Part shown: positions 1 through 13,381 of the stretch, in pieces
Layout of the letters: the number at the start of each line of letters is the position of its first letter
Numbering within the stretch: position 1 is the stretch's first letter
Made by a program: the position numbers and the translations under genes
Notes under the pieces: model-generated
Database searches by the model: none
The model's input: the letters and a program-made list of their open reading frames with translations, nothing else
What the model was told of the DNA's origin: nothing
Source of the DNA: Tubiluchus corallicola
Lineage: Eukaryota > Animalia > Priapulida
Direction: 5' to 3'
Assembly: GCA_030141605.1 (NCBI GenBank)
Contig: JAQGDQ010001191.1
Coordinates: 1 to 56,426, forward strand
DNA length: 56,426 nucleotides

Positions 1-3000
1 CATGACAAACATGACGCATTTCATCAGGTAATGTGGCTCACTGGCATTCAAGTCGCAAATTTCTACCTCTGAGACGCTTGAAACATGTATGGAAAAAATT
101 AAATCTAGGATATCTCCCTTCGATTGGCTTCTATATCATTTTGCAGTAGCTCGTTTTTTCGGACACAATTGGCAAAACTCTCCCATATAGCGGCGCATAT
201 AATGTGGATTAAAAACAGATGACTCGCTGTATGAAAGCCAGTATACTGTAGTTCTTGAAATATAAAATTGTAGACCTATAGTATGGTATAGTGTGGTGTA
301 GTGCGGTATGATGTGGTGTGGTGTGGCACAGTGTGACGTGGTGTGGTGTGATGTGGTGTGACATGGTGTTGTGTGGTGTGACGTGGTGTTGTGTGACGTG
401 ATGTGGTGTGACGTGGTGTGGTGTGGCACAGTGTGATGTGGTGTTGTGTAATGTGGTGTGATGTGGTGTGATGTGGTGTCATGTGGTGATGTGTGGTGTG
501 ACGTGGTGTGATGTGACGTGGTGTGGTGTGGTGCAGTGTGACATGGTGTGGTGTGATGTGGTGTGACATGGTGTTGTGTGGTGTGGCGTGGCACAGTGTG
601 ACGTGGTGTGGTGTGATGTGGTGTGGTGCAATGCGGTGAGGTGTGGTGTGGTGTGATGTGGTACAGTAATAAAAAATTACCCACGAAAAAGCGACCAGGT
701 ATAACGTTGAATCTGCTGCGTCTATTTATTTGTTATTGTTGTCGTGTAGCCATCATTATTGCTATTGTTTGTTAAACTTACAGCAGCTTATTGTGTGATT
801 TATAATGCAGGTAAGAAAAGGTTTGATCAGCTTATCACAGAGGATACTTGGGCCGAATTCGTTGGTACAAGCCGCGTTGCCAAAAATTCTTACTCAAACG
901 CCGCAGTCGTTCTTCGATGACACCATCGACTTGATAAAGGTGAATTTACTTATTCAACACCATTAACTCGATAAAGGTGAATTTACTTATTCAACACCAT
1001 TAACTCGATAAAGGTGAATTTACTTATTCAGCACTATTGACTTGATAAAAGTGAATTTACTTGTTCAACATCATTGACTTGATAAAAGTGAATTTACTTG
1101 TTCAACATCATTGACTTGATAAAGGTGAATTTACTTATTCAACACCATTGACTTGATAAAAGTGAATTTACTTCGTCAACATCATTGACTTGATAAAGGT
1201 GAATTTACTTATTCAACACCATTGACTTCATAAAGGTGAATTTGCTTATTCAACATCATTGACTGTTCGTCTACGCGCATTATTTCAGAATTAAAAATGG
1301 GTCACTAAACATGTCCCTCAAGCCTCGAATCCCATAGATTCCCTTACCCTGACTCTACTTCTCCCATGCCTTTGATCCATAGGAATTAGGCAGAATGCTT
1401 TGCTATTTAGAAAAATTTCATGCAAGTAATTATAGAAATCAATCAAAAAACACGACAATTTTTTTTAATATAAATTGCTCACAAAATGCACATATCAGCT
1501 ACTTATGGTTTGATTATACAGAAGTATATAATCAAAGAATATATACAGTATATACAGTATATACTTCAGAAGTATCATTGTGAACACATTTTTTTACAAA
1601 ATTGTACATTTTTCAGTTATTTTTTCTGACTCCTGTAATTGTAACTGATTTGCAGTCCTTTGACTCATGTTGACTGAGGTTTATTCTGAGTTACGTTCAC
1701 TGATGGTCGAGGATACAAAAGTAGAATTTATTAGAAAACGAACAAAACGTTTATTATGGCACTCAAAAAAAAATTCTCAGAAAGCAATTAAAATTTAATA
1801 ACATTGTCCGTCTCGGCGACCCCCAACCTTCCGTCTTAAACCTCAGCGCAGAGTGAATCACAATCCCGCAAATGCGCATGCACAGTTGAAATTTAGAGAA
1901 GTTGCATTCTGGCGCCATCTTCTGGGTAGCACACTAAACTCACGGCAGTTGCAGTAATCTTTTTAAAAACAGGCACTGTATGGAGTGGACAATATTCCGT
2001 ATTATTTTGCTTAATTTGCAAAACCGGAAGCATTGCGGTTTTCGTATGTCACTCAGCTGAAATATTCACCAATTGGTGAAGTTCTTCAGCACAATTTTTC
2101 TTTACGGTCGATCAAAAGGGCCAAAGAGCTTTATAGTTCGATTTTCGATAATTCGATGACAATAGAACTTTTATTTACAGCATAATGCAGACATTTGCTA
2201 TGAGGCCCTGAGTAAGATTCCCGGACTGCAACCTATAATGCCACAGGGCGCTATGTACATGATGGTAAGTCTGTCTTCCCTAGTCTCTAATGCCCAGTAC
2301 GTATTTACAAGTAGTAAGCTCTACGCTTGCATAAACCTGTTGGAGCTCTGTAAAACAGCATTACACACACACGCACGCACGCACGCATGCACCCAGGCAC
2401 ACACACACACGTCACACATCACACCACAACCAACCCCTTGATTTATATGTATAATAATCTTTATTTGCCATAAAAAATCGATATTCATAACCATAAACGC
2501 ATAAAAAAACATCGCAGCATGAGAATTCACACAACTGTTAAAGGCAAATGCGTCCAGTCCAAACTAAAAACTACTGTGCCAAAAATTTAAGACAAAATAT
2601 ATACAATGTTAAACGCAAACTATAATAGACTATATACAATATATACATACAATTTAAAATGGACGTGGGTAAATAAAATTTGCGGATGAATATATTATCA
2701 TTTACGTATGTTGGGTTTTCAAAATGATTTAATGCATGTATTTTTAGTTTGGATTTGAATTTATAGAAAGACTTGACTTGTTCTAAACTTGGTGGCAGGC
2801 AGGGCATTCCATTATTGAACTCCTTGTTTAGTGACAGAATTGCTGCCGTGTTTGTTATTAGCGCGTGTTTGTTTAGTATTGTGTGCCCTTGGATTTAATG
2901 TTGGCTCCAAGAGGAGTGGACGCTTATTTTTGATGAAAGGCGTGTTAATATTGTCGATGTATTTATATAAAAATAGGATTGTGTAGAAGTCTTTATGTGC

Positions 3001-3889
3001 TTGTAAAATTGGGATTTTAAACAGTGTTCTTAATTAACATTTCAACAACGAATTTTTTTAAAATCTGATTGTGGTTCTTTTTTACGCAGGTCAGCATAGA
3101 TATGATCAGATTTCCGGAATTTGAAGATGACGTTCAATTCACGGAGGAAATGGTGACAGAGCAGTCTGTGTTTTGTCTTCCTGCTACGGTAAAAATCTTT
3201 ATCGGGCCTTACATGATTTAAAATACTCAGTCAACATTGGGTTACAATCTGCAGTTTATTAAATGTAAATATAATGGTAACTACGACAAATGTGATTATT
3301 TAAAAATTAAAAGATTCATGTGTAAAAAAGTTAGAAAGCTTACACGGGTTCAAAACCTGACGCTTTCATTTGTTAAAGATGTTTTAAATGACTTAACCAG
3401 AATTGATTTTGCATCTTTTTGTTAACTCATCCATTCTTTTTTTATCGGGTTTACATGGCAGTGACCTTATACAAGCCTTTGCTTCTCTAGCCCACTGCAG
3501 TACAATTATTAATTTATGATGACGATAGTGTATGACACATAATAATTTATTACAGTATGACGTAATTTTGACGTCACTTTGAGCTTAATGTCATTATATT
3601 GTACTGAATGTGATAATAATAAACTAAACTATTTTTTCTCTTTGATAACACATGACAGTATTGCCAGCATAATGATTCTATTTGATTTCTATTTCTTATA
3701 ATGATAAGCTAATGATTCTATTTTCAGTGTTTCGCGTATCCCAACTACTTCCGAGTAGTCCTGACAATCCCAGAGAAAAAACTCATTGAAGCTTGCGATC
3801 GAATCGCTGATTTCTGCTACGCTCACTACAGGGGACCAATACGACAAATAAATGGAGCTGAAAGCAATGGAACAAACCACAGTCCCTAG
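1..3889 (+). CDS. TAT: Tyrosine aminotransferase, 3' part of gene (5' exons lie left of the window). Exons <1-27, 811-939, 2181-2264, 3090-3188, 3728-3889 (stop)
   Basis: Exons are GT/AG-bounded and join in phase 0: HDKHDAFHQ / [43 protein letters not shown] / [28 protein letters not shown] / [33 protein letters not shown] / [34 protein letters not shown]...NHSP*. This is colinear with the C-terminal part of animal TAT. Confidence 0.92.
282..662. repeat. Degenerate pentamer microsatellite (TGTGG/TGTGA)n in a TAT intron
   Basis: Directly visible; it explains the His/Thr-rich ORFs 136-684 and 276-569. Confidence 0.9.
920..1263 (+). repeat. 37-bp minisatellite, about 9 copies, spanning a TAT exon/intron junction
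   Basis: Unit TTGATAAAGGTGAATTTACTTATTCAACACCATTGAC recurs at 931, 968, 1005 ... 1227. Confidence 0.9.
2450..3030 (-). mobile_element. 5'-truncated, degenerate LINE (CR1/L2-like) 3' end in a TAT intron; second copy at about 22140-22720
   Basis: Minus strand reads ...[21 protein letters not shown], typical of an ORF2 C-terminus, followed by a 3' UTR ending in AATAAAG and a short ATT tail. Confidence 0.55.
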
Positions 3890-4911
3890 CAGCACTGACT
3901 TCAGAATATTACAGAACACAATGGTCATTGCTAGAGGTGAACAAATTCTGATATCAATGACTAGAAAGGGTTAGATATGAATCACGGCTAACGTATCAAA
4001 GCAAAAGATACAAAAAAATTAAAGTTCCAGCTAGAAGAATCCGTCTAGCAAAAAACGAGCCTGCATCGAATGACGTTGCAAAGTGTAACCTTTTTGTGAC
4101 TCATCTAGGACCATGCTCATAGTTGTACATAAGATGGTGATTTGAGGATATTGCGTCGAATTATATGTCGTGTAAAACAGTATTCATAAAGGTATACAGT
4201 TCTTCGAATGTTCTCCCATTTGAGACGCAGCGTGAATTATCGTTAAACTTATGATACACAAAAGCGTACAGCGACTGGTAGTAAAAAAAACAGGTATCAA
4301 TGGGTTTCGATGGGTATCGATGATCGAGACCAAGGATTTTTATAGCGGACGCTGGACACTTTGGTGCATCATAGTCTTTAGCTTTACAGACTAGATGTAA
4401 TAAAGTAGCTGATTTAATACATCAAATTGCTTTTAGATAGAAGACACAACTGGGTATATTTTTTTAATTTCTTTATGAAGTTAATATGCCCAGTGTGCGT
4501 TTTAAGCTAATAACACGTTTAATAAACATATAATTGTTATTTATCTTAGTTATGTATGTACATAAAACTGCAAATGATGATTTTAAAATTAGTTTTAATT
4601 ATCGTAGGTTTAAATATAACTGACGTTTTGCAATATGATTATAGAAAAAAGCTGCTTTGCTATTTGCAAGTGAATCTGTCTTGCCCCAGCATTAGTCACA
4701 AAATGCATAGTTTTAAAATTACGTCTAATAAACTTATGTGAATATTTCCTATAAGCAATAATTTTTTATTCTATGTTGAATAGTAGTATATGGTATGTAG
4801 AAGAGCGCATCGAACCATATAGAACAGCTACATTACTAGTTTGAATACTAAAACAATGATTGCAAGTATTACTGTATTTATTTATCTAGAAAAGCCTATA
4901 CAAAACAAATC

Positions 4912-5126
4912 AACTTACTGCGCAAGGATAATTAAAATACAAAAGCAATTTTACACAATGCAATTCCATATAATATCGTAAAATATTACTAATCGATCGC
5001 AAAATCAAGCCATTGATTTGATTTTTGAAATGACTTGAATTTGCGGCATGTAAATTTGTGATTACTAATATTTTACGACATATGCAATTGCATTGTTGTA
5101 TTTTTACTATCCTTGCGCAGTAAGTT
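4912..5126. mobile_element. Fold-back/MITE-like palindrome, about 215 bp; copies at 24499-24714 and 38751-38965
   Basis: Terminal inverted repeat AACTTACTGCGCAAGGATA / TATCCTTGCGCAGTAAGTT, plus inner repeats TCGTAAAATATTA..TAATATTTTACGA and GCAAAATCAAGCCATT..AATGACTTGAATTTGC. Confidence 0.7.
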
Positions 5127-5281
5127 TCAGTTTAGTCTTAACCATAAATATTTTATATTGATTAGCATTACTGTATAAAGTACGTAGGTAAAAGGAAACA
5201 GGTAACTGCAGAAAGATGTCTTTTGAAGCAGAAAGCTAACCATTTGTTCCAATGTCTTGCTTAAAAAACCTTTTGTAAATA

Positions 5282-5735
5282 TTTTTTAACAAAACAGTTT
5301 TCCAGCTCTCAGTCTAAAAACAACCTACTGTCTAGTTCTTGCTACTGTTTTTAACAAAACAGTTTTCCACTTGTCAGTCTAAAAACAACCTACTGTCTAA
5401 TTCTTGCTACTGTTTTTAACAAAACAGTTTTCCAGCTCTCAGTCTAAACATAACCTATTGTCTAGTTCTTGCTACTGTTTTTTAACAAAACAGTTTTCGA
5501 CTTGTCAGTCTAAAAACAACCTACTGTCTAATTCTTGCTACTGTTTTTAACAAAACAGTTTTCCAGCTCTCAGTCTAAACATAACCTACTGTCTAATTCT
5601 TGCTACTGTTTTTAACAAAACAGTTTTTCAGCTCTCAGTCTAAAACAACCTACCGTTTAATACTTGTTAGTGTTTTTTAAACAAACAGTTTTCCAGCTTT
5701 CAGTCTAAAAACAACATACCGTCTAGTTATTGTTA
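5282..5735 (+). repeat. 65-66-bp minisatellite, about 7 copies (TAT copy 1)
   Basis: Unit TTTTTAACAAAACAGTTTTCCAGCTCTCAGTCTAAAAACAACCTACTGTCTAGTTCTTGCTACTG. Confidence 0.9.
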
Positions 5736-6375
5736 CATGTTTATGTTTTCTATGTTGTATTTTATTATAAAATTGCAATATCACGCCACAAATGTAAAAT
5801 GAGGTAATTCGCGATTTTTGAACTAAGACACCCAGCCCAGTTGCTGCATAATTTAGTCACTCATTATCTTATTGATATGTATTAGGGGTCTAAGATTTCA
5901 CTGGACCTCTTTTTACCTGCAAGAAACATAAAAAGGCAAAATAATTAGAGTACACATATGTTGTAAAAAGTTTGCATTTAATTAACCCGTCTTGTAAAAA
6001 CATATTTTTAAATATAGGACAGTTTATTGTACAGTTATAGTGTATACTTTTATTCTTCAAATTTAGCGACTAATACATTTACTGGTATTGAACAAGGATA
6101 GAGACTTATCAATGACTCCAATCGGCCCAAATATCTCGTCTTGTATATCCCAAGTATTGTATGGCGATGACAAAAGTTATGGTTGAAATCAGTAAACTAC
6201 GCGCGCGAAGCACCACCAAGTATGGTCAGAAACTGTATATGTACATTTACATTGAGTTAATGTATCGTCTGTTAACCCTGTTTATCCTATATGGAATATG
6301 CTGTACCTGCTTAGTGCACTATATTAGACTGTAAAATTGTTCCTCTTACAATTCATTAGTATAGTCAATAAATTA

Positions 6376-6753
<378 letters not shown>

Positions 6754-7934
6754 ACATCAAGTCTGTAGATAAATACATTGTTTCGCAAACATCATTTTAC
6801 TAGCAAAATATTGCTGAGCATCATACGTTTCATATTCATAGTTCCCTTTCCAACAATTTTTATTTTTATTTTTTTGAAACATAAGGCATTGCTATCAAGT
6901 GTGAAACTGATCAAGAGTTTATAATAATTAGGCGTAACGTCAGGTAATAAAGTATTTTCGTTCTGTAGGAGATTTACATACAGATAGTTATCACACAGTG
7001 AATTGTGCAAACCAGTTGGGCAAGAGGCATTTCAGTTTCAACAGGTTGCAAAACAAGTTAGACCGAGTACCTCAAAGATATGACATACAAGCGGACATAT
7101 TTCTCGAAATAAATTAGTCACTTTATTGGCCATTTTACAAAACAAACCTAGAATTCATTTTTGAAACATTTCTGAATGCCTACTACATTTTTTGCAAAAG
7201 GTTCATGGAATGTTTTAACAGTGTTGCACGCATGCTAAGTATTTGCAGCAACAAACAAACTCGAATAAAGTAGCATTCTAAATAATCAATCACAGACAAA
7301 GTTTTTGACAAATATAGCGCGAAGACTTCACCAACTAGTTATTTTTCGAATACTAATATGGCATAATATTCACGTCACAAATAGAGAGCGGCTTCCCTTC
7401 AAGTGTAGAACCTCCCGTCATGATGAAAGCATTACTGCAATAGCTCCCAGCAGGTGTAGAAGTTGAACAACCGCATGGAAACAGGCATGAACAACGATTA
7501 CCAAAAGAAACGGTGTTTTCGATCGGTTATGGTCGGCTGTAAAAAAGCCTGTAATCACATAATACTTTTATTAGCTGTGCTAGATAAAGCACAAGAGAAC
7601 CCCTCATAAATATAAAGCTTAAAAAATTCGTCTTGGCATTTTATATCACTTACGTACTGCCGTTTTACATGCAGGACTTCAGCGGTAACGCTGTGTAAAA
7701 CATGTAAATTTAAACTCCTGCTATGACCATTAGACGCAGCCATTTTGATGACGATTTGAAACAAGTTTAGAAAGAGTTTGAAAAAATAATCAGAGCATTC
7801 GTAGCGCACACGTCACTAACTGAATAAAAATGTTCTTTTATAGTTACATGATTCTTACCAGCAGGTAAGCGGAAAGCTAAGTAATATAGTTGCTTAGATG
7901 CATGGTAATATAGTTGCTTTGTAATATAGATTTG

Positions 7935-8612
7935 CATGAAAAGTTTTTTGGGACATAATTTAACATTTCCTTTTCTTCCCCTGATTTACGTTTGTGTAGT
8001 GACGTCATGCAATGGCGACTTCGGAACGTTGTTGCGGGAGATTTGAAATGAAATCAAACAAAAATTCCTTTTAACACGAGTACGATATATGCATAACACT
8101 GCTATAAACTGGTATGATTTTTAAGGCGATTTTTCTGAAACCTACTTCAGGTACCCCTTTTATTCTCCTTTAAGTAACTTAATAGCTTGCAATAGGTACA
8201 AAAATATTTTCCGCGAACAGCTTTTGTAATGTTTAATTTTTTAAAAGGAATTTTCTATGCTCAGTGCAAAACTAAAGCGTTCTTTATCTAACTAAGTGAA
8301 TGAAAAAAATTGATCACGATGAAGTGTGTTTTACCCTGAAAACTGTAAAATAAAACCTTTTCATTGAACGTTCATCATTATCTTCAAATTGCTTTGCACA
8401 GATCAAAGAGAATATTGATCAAGTCTTTTTCTCATTAAATGTGCGTTAATTAAGGATTTGCTCTACATGTGTGCGTGTTTAGTTTTTAAATAATTATTCG
8501 TTTTTTAATTATCTGCAGCACTAAATAAGTAATGCGTTAGTAGCACAGGGTCAATTCTTAAAGGAAAAGGAAAGGCAAATTTAAAGTATGTCCCAAAAAA
8601 CTTTCCAAACAA
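7935..8612. mobile_element. Fragments of TTAAAG...CTTTAA-ended non-autonomous DNA elements (Kolobok-like)
   Basis: 7935-7980 is an imperfect reverse complement of 8558-8610 (TTAAAGGAAAAGGAAAGGCAAATTTAAAGTATGTCCCAAAAAAC). The end at 8125-8172 matches the reverse complement of 21968-22015. Superfamily assignment is an inference. Confidence 0.4.
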
Positions 8613-9369
8613 AGTTTAGCACTACGGTTACGTGCTTGAAAGTTTTATCTAACTAGAAATGAAAATTCTTAGTAATTTAAAATATACGCGCTAAAATTTT
8701 ACTGACTCACATTCCCAATGTGCACCACTGACACACCCAAAAAGGTATTCTTAATGTTAGTTTAAACATAATTTATTATAGGATTGGATCAGACAGTTTG
8801 AACAACATGATTTAGGATCCTCACCACAACAGACTTTTTACACGATTTACAAAAACATTTACAGTAAGAATAGACTATAACTACACAAGCTGACAAGTTT
8901 AACTACAAGATTACATCAGACATTAGTAGAAAATGACGGTTAGAAAATATTAATGTATAAATATTTAAGACTGATGCTAAATGTTAATGTTAATTCTTAA
9001 TGTTATTAACAATATACAGCAGTTTAAGCTAAATTAGCAAAATGTGCACTACGAATGCTCTGAATATTTTTAAAGTTTACACAATGCTATCTAAAGGTGT
9101 TTCAAACGTTCTATCGTTAAAATAACTGCGCCTAATGGTCATCAATGGAATTTTCAAGTTTTATACAAGTCCTGTAAGCACTAAGGCAGTGTTATGAAAA
9201 GTTTACTATAGACGAATCTGAGACACCTCATTTGAAAGTACTTTTAATTTTAAACTAAAAGGGAGTGCCGCACTCTGACTGAATTTAGAGAGAAGTTTGT
9301 GCAACAAGGCTAAGACCCTTCGTGGATTTGAAACAGTAATTGGACATTGTTATGCACACATTTAGCATG

Positions 9370-9482
9370 AAGTACTATATTGGAAAGTACTATATTGAAG
9401 TACTATGTTGAAGTACTATATTGGAAAGTACTATATTGAAGTACTATATTGGAAAGTACTATATTGAAGTACTATACTATAT
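9370..9482. repeat. 13-15-bp minisatellite (AAGTACTATATTG[GA])n
   Basis: Directly visible, about 8 copies. Confidence 0.85.
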
Positions 9483-10223
9483 CCGGTGTTAATGCTGAAT
9501 TGCTTTGATAAGTGTGACATATATATAGAAATCCATTAGTGAAGTAGATTTATCTATTTGACTAATTAGACTAATCAAAGGGTTCGTCTGCGTCTATTTT
9601 CCAACATTCTAATTTGTTAAAAAAATAAAAAATGTAAAGACTTTAGTGTATAACGATTTTCGAGACACTATAACCTGAAATTAATCATGTTATATCACAC
9701 AGACCTGAATATCAGTAGCGGGTCTGGTCGAAACATTATCACAAAAATTTGGTAAAACTATCTGGAGTATCTTTGCTCACTTTTTGTATATTCATCGAGG
9801 ACAGAGTATGGCATAAGAGAGTTTCATACAAAATCCTATTTCAGTTTCAATTTCAAAATTCTTCTTTTACTGAAAGAGAGTCTCAGGTTCATTCTTGTGT
9901 ATTCTTGAAGTATTACAAAGTCGCCTCTTACTTACCCGGAAGAAAAAACGACACATTCTAATGTAAAATCTGGTGGTCTTTAAGCGATTTTTTAGAAGTT
10001 TTTTTAGATATTAATAAAATTTAAACTAACGCCGAAAAGTCCGAAAAGTGAGTATGAGTTATAGTCTGTGCACATAGCTACTAAAGAACAATACTGACTA
10101 CCTGATGAATTACCATTCAGAATCACCATAGAATAACTAGCAGCACTAGCATAATTTTGTTATCAACAAAGTTTTTATATTATTTCGATGGTCTTTTGTT
10201 TTCTCAACACTCGTAGCTTGTTA

Positions 10224-11234
10224 TTAACGATGAGTGGTTCCTTCGCTCACAAAGGATGTCGTATTCTCGGGTTGAACTTGCCCCCCTTTCCCACAGCAAA
10301 GCACTTTGCGATACGCTCTACGAAATCTGCGGTCTCTGAGTCCATAAATTATAGGATTGAGGAACGAATTACAATAAGTGGGTATGCCAACCATCATCAT
10401 GTCTGGATGTGTTGCTTCCTCCGGACGAAAGAAAGAGTTAAACACATCTGTCAGCATCACAATAGCCACTGGTACCCAGCATGCAATGAACGTGCAGACG
10501 ACGATTACTGTAGTCATGATCATTTTCGTTTCTCGCTTGATACGTTGCATGAGTGCTGCGTTTTGTGAGTCCATTGTTTGTGGCTGTTCCGCCATTTTCT
10601 TCGAGTGATAGCGAGCGATGCTTAGAATGCGCATGTACAGGGTAACAATGACCATCGTAGGTATTGCAAAAGTAATCACAAACCACAACAACATATAACC
10701 TGAAGCCATAGTTTTTAACATTACACAAGCAAACACGCCGGGATAGTCGTTTGCCCATCCGAAATAAGGAGGTGACATTAAAATCATTGCAATAAACCAG
10801 GACAATGTTATCAAAACAAAAACAGTAACATTAGTCATTATCTTGTAGTAAGTTAGTGGGTAAACAATCTTTATGTATTGGTCTGCAGACGCCAACACCA
10901 TACTGAACATAGACATGGTGCCAGAAACCAAGGAAATCATGTATGTTGATATACAACCATACTTTGTGGCTAGCATTTCTGGGATAAAGACTGTTATCAC
11001 GCTATAGAGAGAGCCTACTCCACACAGCAAATCAGCCACTGCCAAGTTTCCAATAAAGAAGTGAGTTGCGTCTTGAAATCGCTTTTCCAGGAAAATAGCC
11101 GCAATAACAAGCGTGTTACTTCCAATGATGATAAAAGCAACTGCTAACGAAATTGCAATAAGTGCTAACGAATAGCCGAATGAATCTGTTGGTGATACTG
11201 TCGAATTTGTTGATATCTCTGTAACGTTGTCCAT
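10224..11234 (-). CDS. Intronless class A (rhodopsin-family) GPCR, 336 aa, amine/adenosine/melanocortin-receptor-like orphan
   Basis: Seven hydrophobic segments; N-terminal NxS/T sites; TM1 GSNTLVI, TM2 NLAVADL, TM3 DQY (DRY variant), TM4 W, TM6 FIACWVP, TM7 NSFLNPIIY, helix 8 FRRAY, and a CC palmitoylation-type site. Confidence 0.93.
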   Translation of the reverse strand: MDNVTEISTNSTVSPTDSFGYSLALIAISLAVAFIIIGSNTLVIAAIFLEKRFQDATHFFIGNLAVADLLCGVGSLYSVITVFIPEMLATKYGCISTYMISLVSGTMSMFSMVLASADQYIKIVYPLTYYKIMTNVTVFVLITLSWFIAMILMSPPYFGWANDYPGVFACVMLKTMASGYMLLWFVITFAIPTMVIVTLYMRILSIARYHSKKMAEQPQTMDSQNAALMQRIKRETKMIMTTVIVVCTFIACWVPVAIVMLTDVFNSFFRPEEATHPDMMMVGIPTYCNSFLNPIIYGLRDRRFRRAYRKVLCCGKGGQVQPENTTSFVSEGTTHR

Positions 11235-11888
11235 AATTGCTGTTTATGCAGCTCTTGTGTAAAATGTCATTTGATGAATGCAACAGTTCTTGAATATTTG
11301 AGCTCTCTTTCAGTTCTTTAGAAGACTTACCTGTTTAATGGTCGAATTTTTGGTCGACCGTGAGTTCTTTTAAAGTTTATGTTTCGTTTAAGTCTCAATT
11401 TGTTGAACCTCTGAGTTGATGGACACTCAGGCTTTTGAATTTCAACATTGTGTTGTCAGAATTCACTACAGACGCTGTACAGGTAAACTTTGTCTTTATA
11501 CTTCCTGTTTTTCGCGCGCATGCGTACAAAGGCTGAAGCAGCTCAACGTTTTCGAGAAGCCAGAAAGGCGCTTGTGATGGCAATTCCTCGATGAAAAGAT
11601 GCAACGAGGAATCCCTGCAAAATTATGAAAAAGTTTTTAATTATGATTCGTGTTATAATTTACAAACGTCCGGAAATTGGCGCCGTGATTAATAAATTAC
11701 TTTGTGGTTTTGCTGCGGTATTGTTCATGTAACGTAATTAATTTTCAGGTTACGCTGAATCAAGATGTCTCATGCCCAGACGCGTATATAAAAGCAGAGG
11801 TTAGTTTAATGATGCACATTTTGTTGCATAGCTTACTGATTTTTTCTTTCAGTTTACTGACAATTACTGCTGATAATGCGTAGTTAAA

Positions 11889-12114
11889 AATGCTTGTTTA
11901 ATGCAATAATATTAAGCACATTTTTATATGTGTATAATGCGTTTGAAAAAAATCAATATTTTTTATGTATGTAAGAAAAGTGCACAATGGATTTCATACT
12001 AATGGTGCGTTCACACTGTGCACTTTTCTTACTTGCATAAAAAATAAGGATTTCTACAAACGCATTATACAAATATAAAAATGTGCTTAATATTCTTACA
12101 TTAAACAAGACATT
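11889..12114. other. Palindrome A: about 100-bp inverted arms around the 24-nt loop GATTTCATACTAATGGTGCGTTCA (11990-12013)
   Basis: For example TATTAAGCACATTTTTATATGTGTATAATGCGTTTG pairs with CAAACGCATTATACAAATATAAAAATGTGCTTAATA, and GTAAGAAAAGTGCACA pairs with TGTGCACTTTTCTTAC. Confidence 0.9.
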
Positions 12115-12139
12115 GCTCATTTCGAACTAATGAAACGAT

Positions 12140-12688
12140 ATTTGCAACACCTCTTATTCCATAGTGGTATAATTTGTTAATTAAAATTTTATGATCAACA
12201 CTGTCAAGAGCTTTTGACAGATCACAAAAAATACTCACAGATAACTTATTATCTTCAATATCTCTGATTATGTTGGTCAGCATATCAATTAAAGCCATTT
12301 CTGTAGTACTGCCTTGACGAAATCCATACTGTGTGTCGTTTAATATGCTTTGTTTATGTAAACAATCTATAAGTTGCAAAGACACACATTTCTCAATAAT
12401 TTTCGAAAAACATGGCAGTAATGAAATGGGCCTGTATCTATTTATACAGTGTGGATCATCAGCTTTATGAATAGGAACTATTATGGACTGCTTTAGCTTA
12501 TTAGGGACAATTCCAGAGGTAAGCGATAAATTAATAATATGGGTTAAAGGTATAGCAATATATTCAATAATATCAAGCATTATTCTCGGAGAGAGCTGAT
12601 CAATACCGGTACTTTTATTTGGGTGGAATGACTTGCAGATTCTAATGATTTCATCTTTAGTTACAGGTTGAAAGAAGAAGGAAACTGA
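12140..12688 (-). mobile_element. Internal reverse-transcriptase fragment of a CR1/L2/Jockey-type LINE, truncated at both ends
   Basis: IVPIHK...YRPISLLPCFSKIIEK...QYGFRQG.ST...FCDLSKALDSVDH.IL..KL..YGIRG motifs; the frame continues upstream of the ORF call (SFFFQPVTKDEI). Confidence 0.88.
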
Positions 12689-12880
12689 TTAGTTTAGTTT
12701 GCAAACGCTGTAAGATATGTGATTTTGTATCTTCAAACTGCCCTTTCAGCATTGTTGCGGTAAAGGTTCGTTTTCTTGAATGGCAAGTTGGTGTGTGGCA
12801 CGAAATAACTGAAAACATGTCGAGGATCGCGAACACAGTACAACGTACTACTGCAGGTAGCAATTATAATTATTTCTTAC

Positions 12881-13039
12881 CATTAAATCGTAGTATCTGC
12901 GTTCTATACCAAGCGATACAGCCAACGTTTTGTATATTGAAAAGCCAGGTCGAGGTAGAATGATATTTGAGCCTGGATTGGCGAGTACTTGTATGCATAG
13001 ATCAAGAGCATGTGAGCAGCCTCCAGTCAATACAACATC
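12881..13039 (-). pseudogene. TAT: Isolated inverted copy of one TAT exon ([53 protein letters not shown])
   Basis: 159-nt AG/GT-bounded exon, mirror image of 19488-19646; no neighbouring TAT exons on the minus strand. Confidence 0.85.
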
Positions 13040-13278
13040 CTAGAACAACCTTGCAAAAATTAATTCCCCTATCACAAGCTGACACTACCCTTGCGAAAAT
13101 TAGTTCCCCTATCACAAGCTGACACTACATAAAGCCAATAAAATTACTTCAAAGCTATTGCCTTAATTGTGTGATAAGTAATTAGCTAGTTCCTTTATTT
13201 GACACTATAGGTAAAGTGGGTAAGAAAAGCAACAGTTTGATCATTACTGGTACTAGAAATTCAGTATACTTCAAAAGA

Positions 13279-13324
<46 letters not shown>

Positions 13325-13345
13325 CTACAGAAAACCTCATGAAAA

Positions 13346-13381
<36 letters not shown>

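Noticed and set aside
136-684. His/Thr-rich ORFs
   Set aside because: Translation of the pentamer microsatellite, antisense within a TAT intron.
10188-10758. Short ORFs overlapping the GPCR
   Set aside because: Antisense or alternative-frame shadows of the GPCR CDS; the same applies to 18100-18843 over LINE ORF1 and 47071-48225 over POU.
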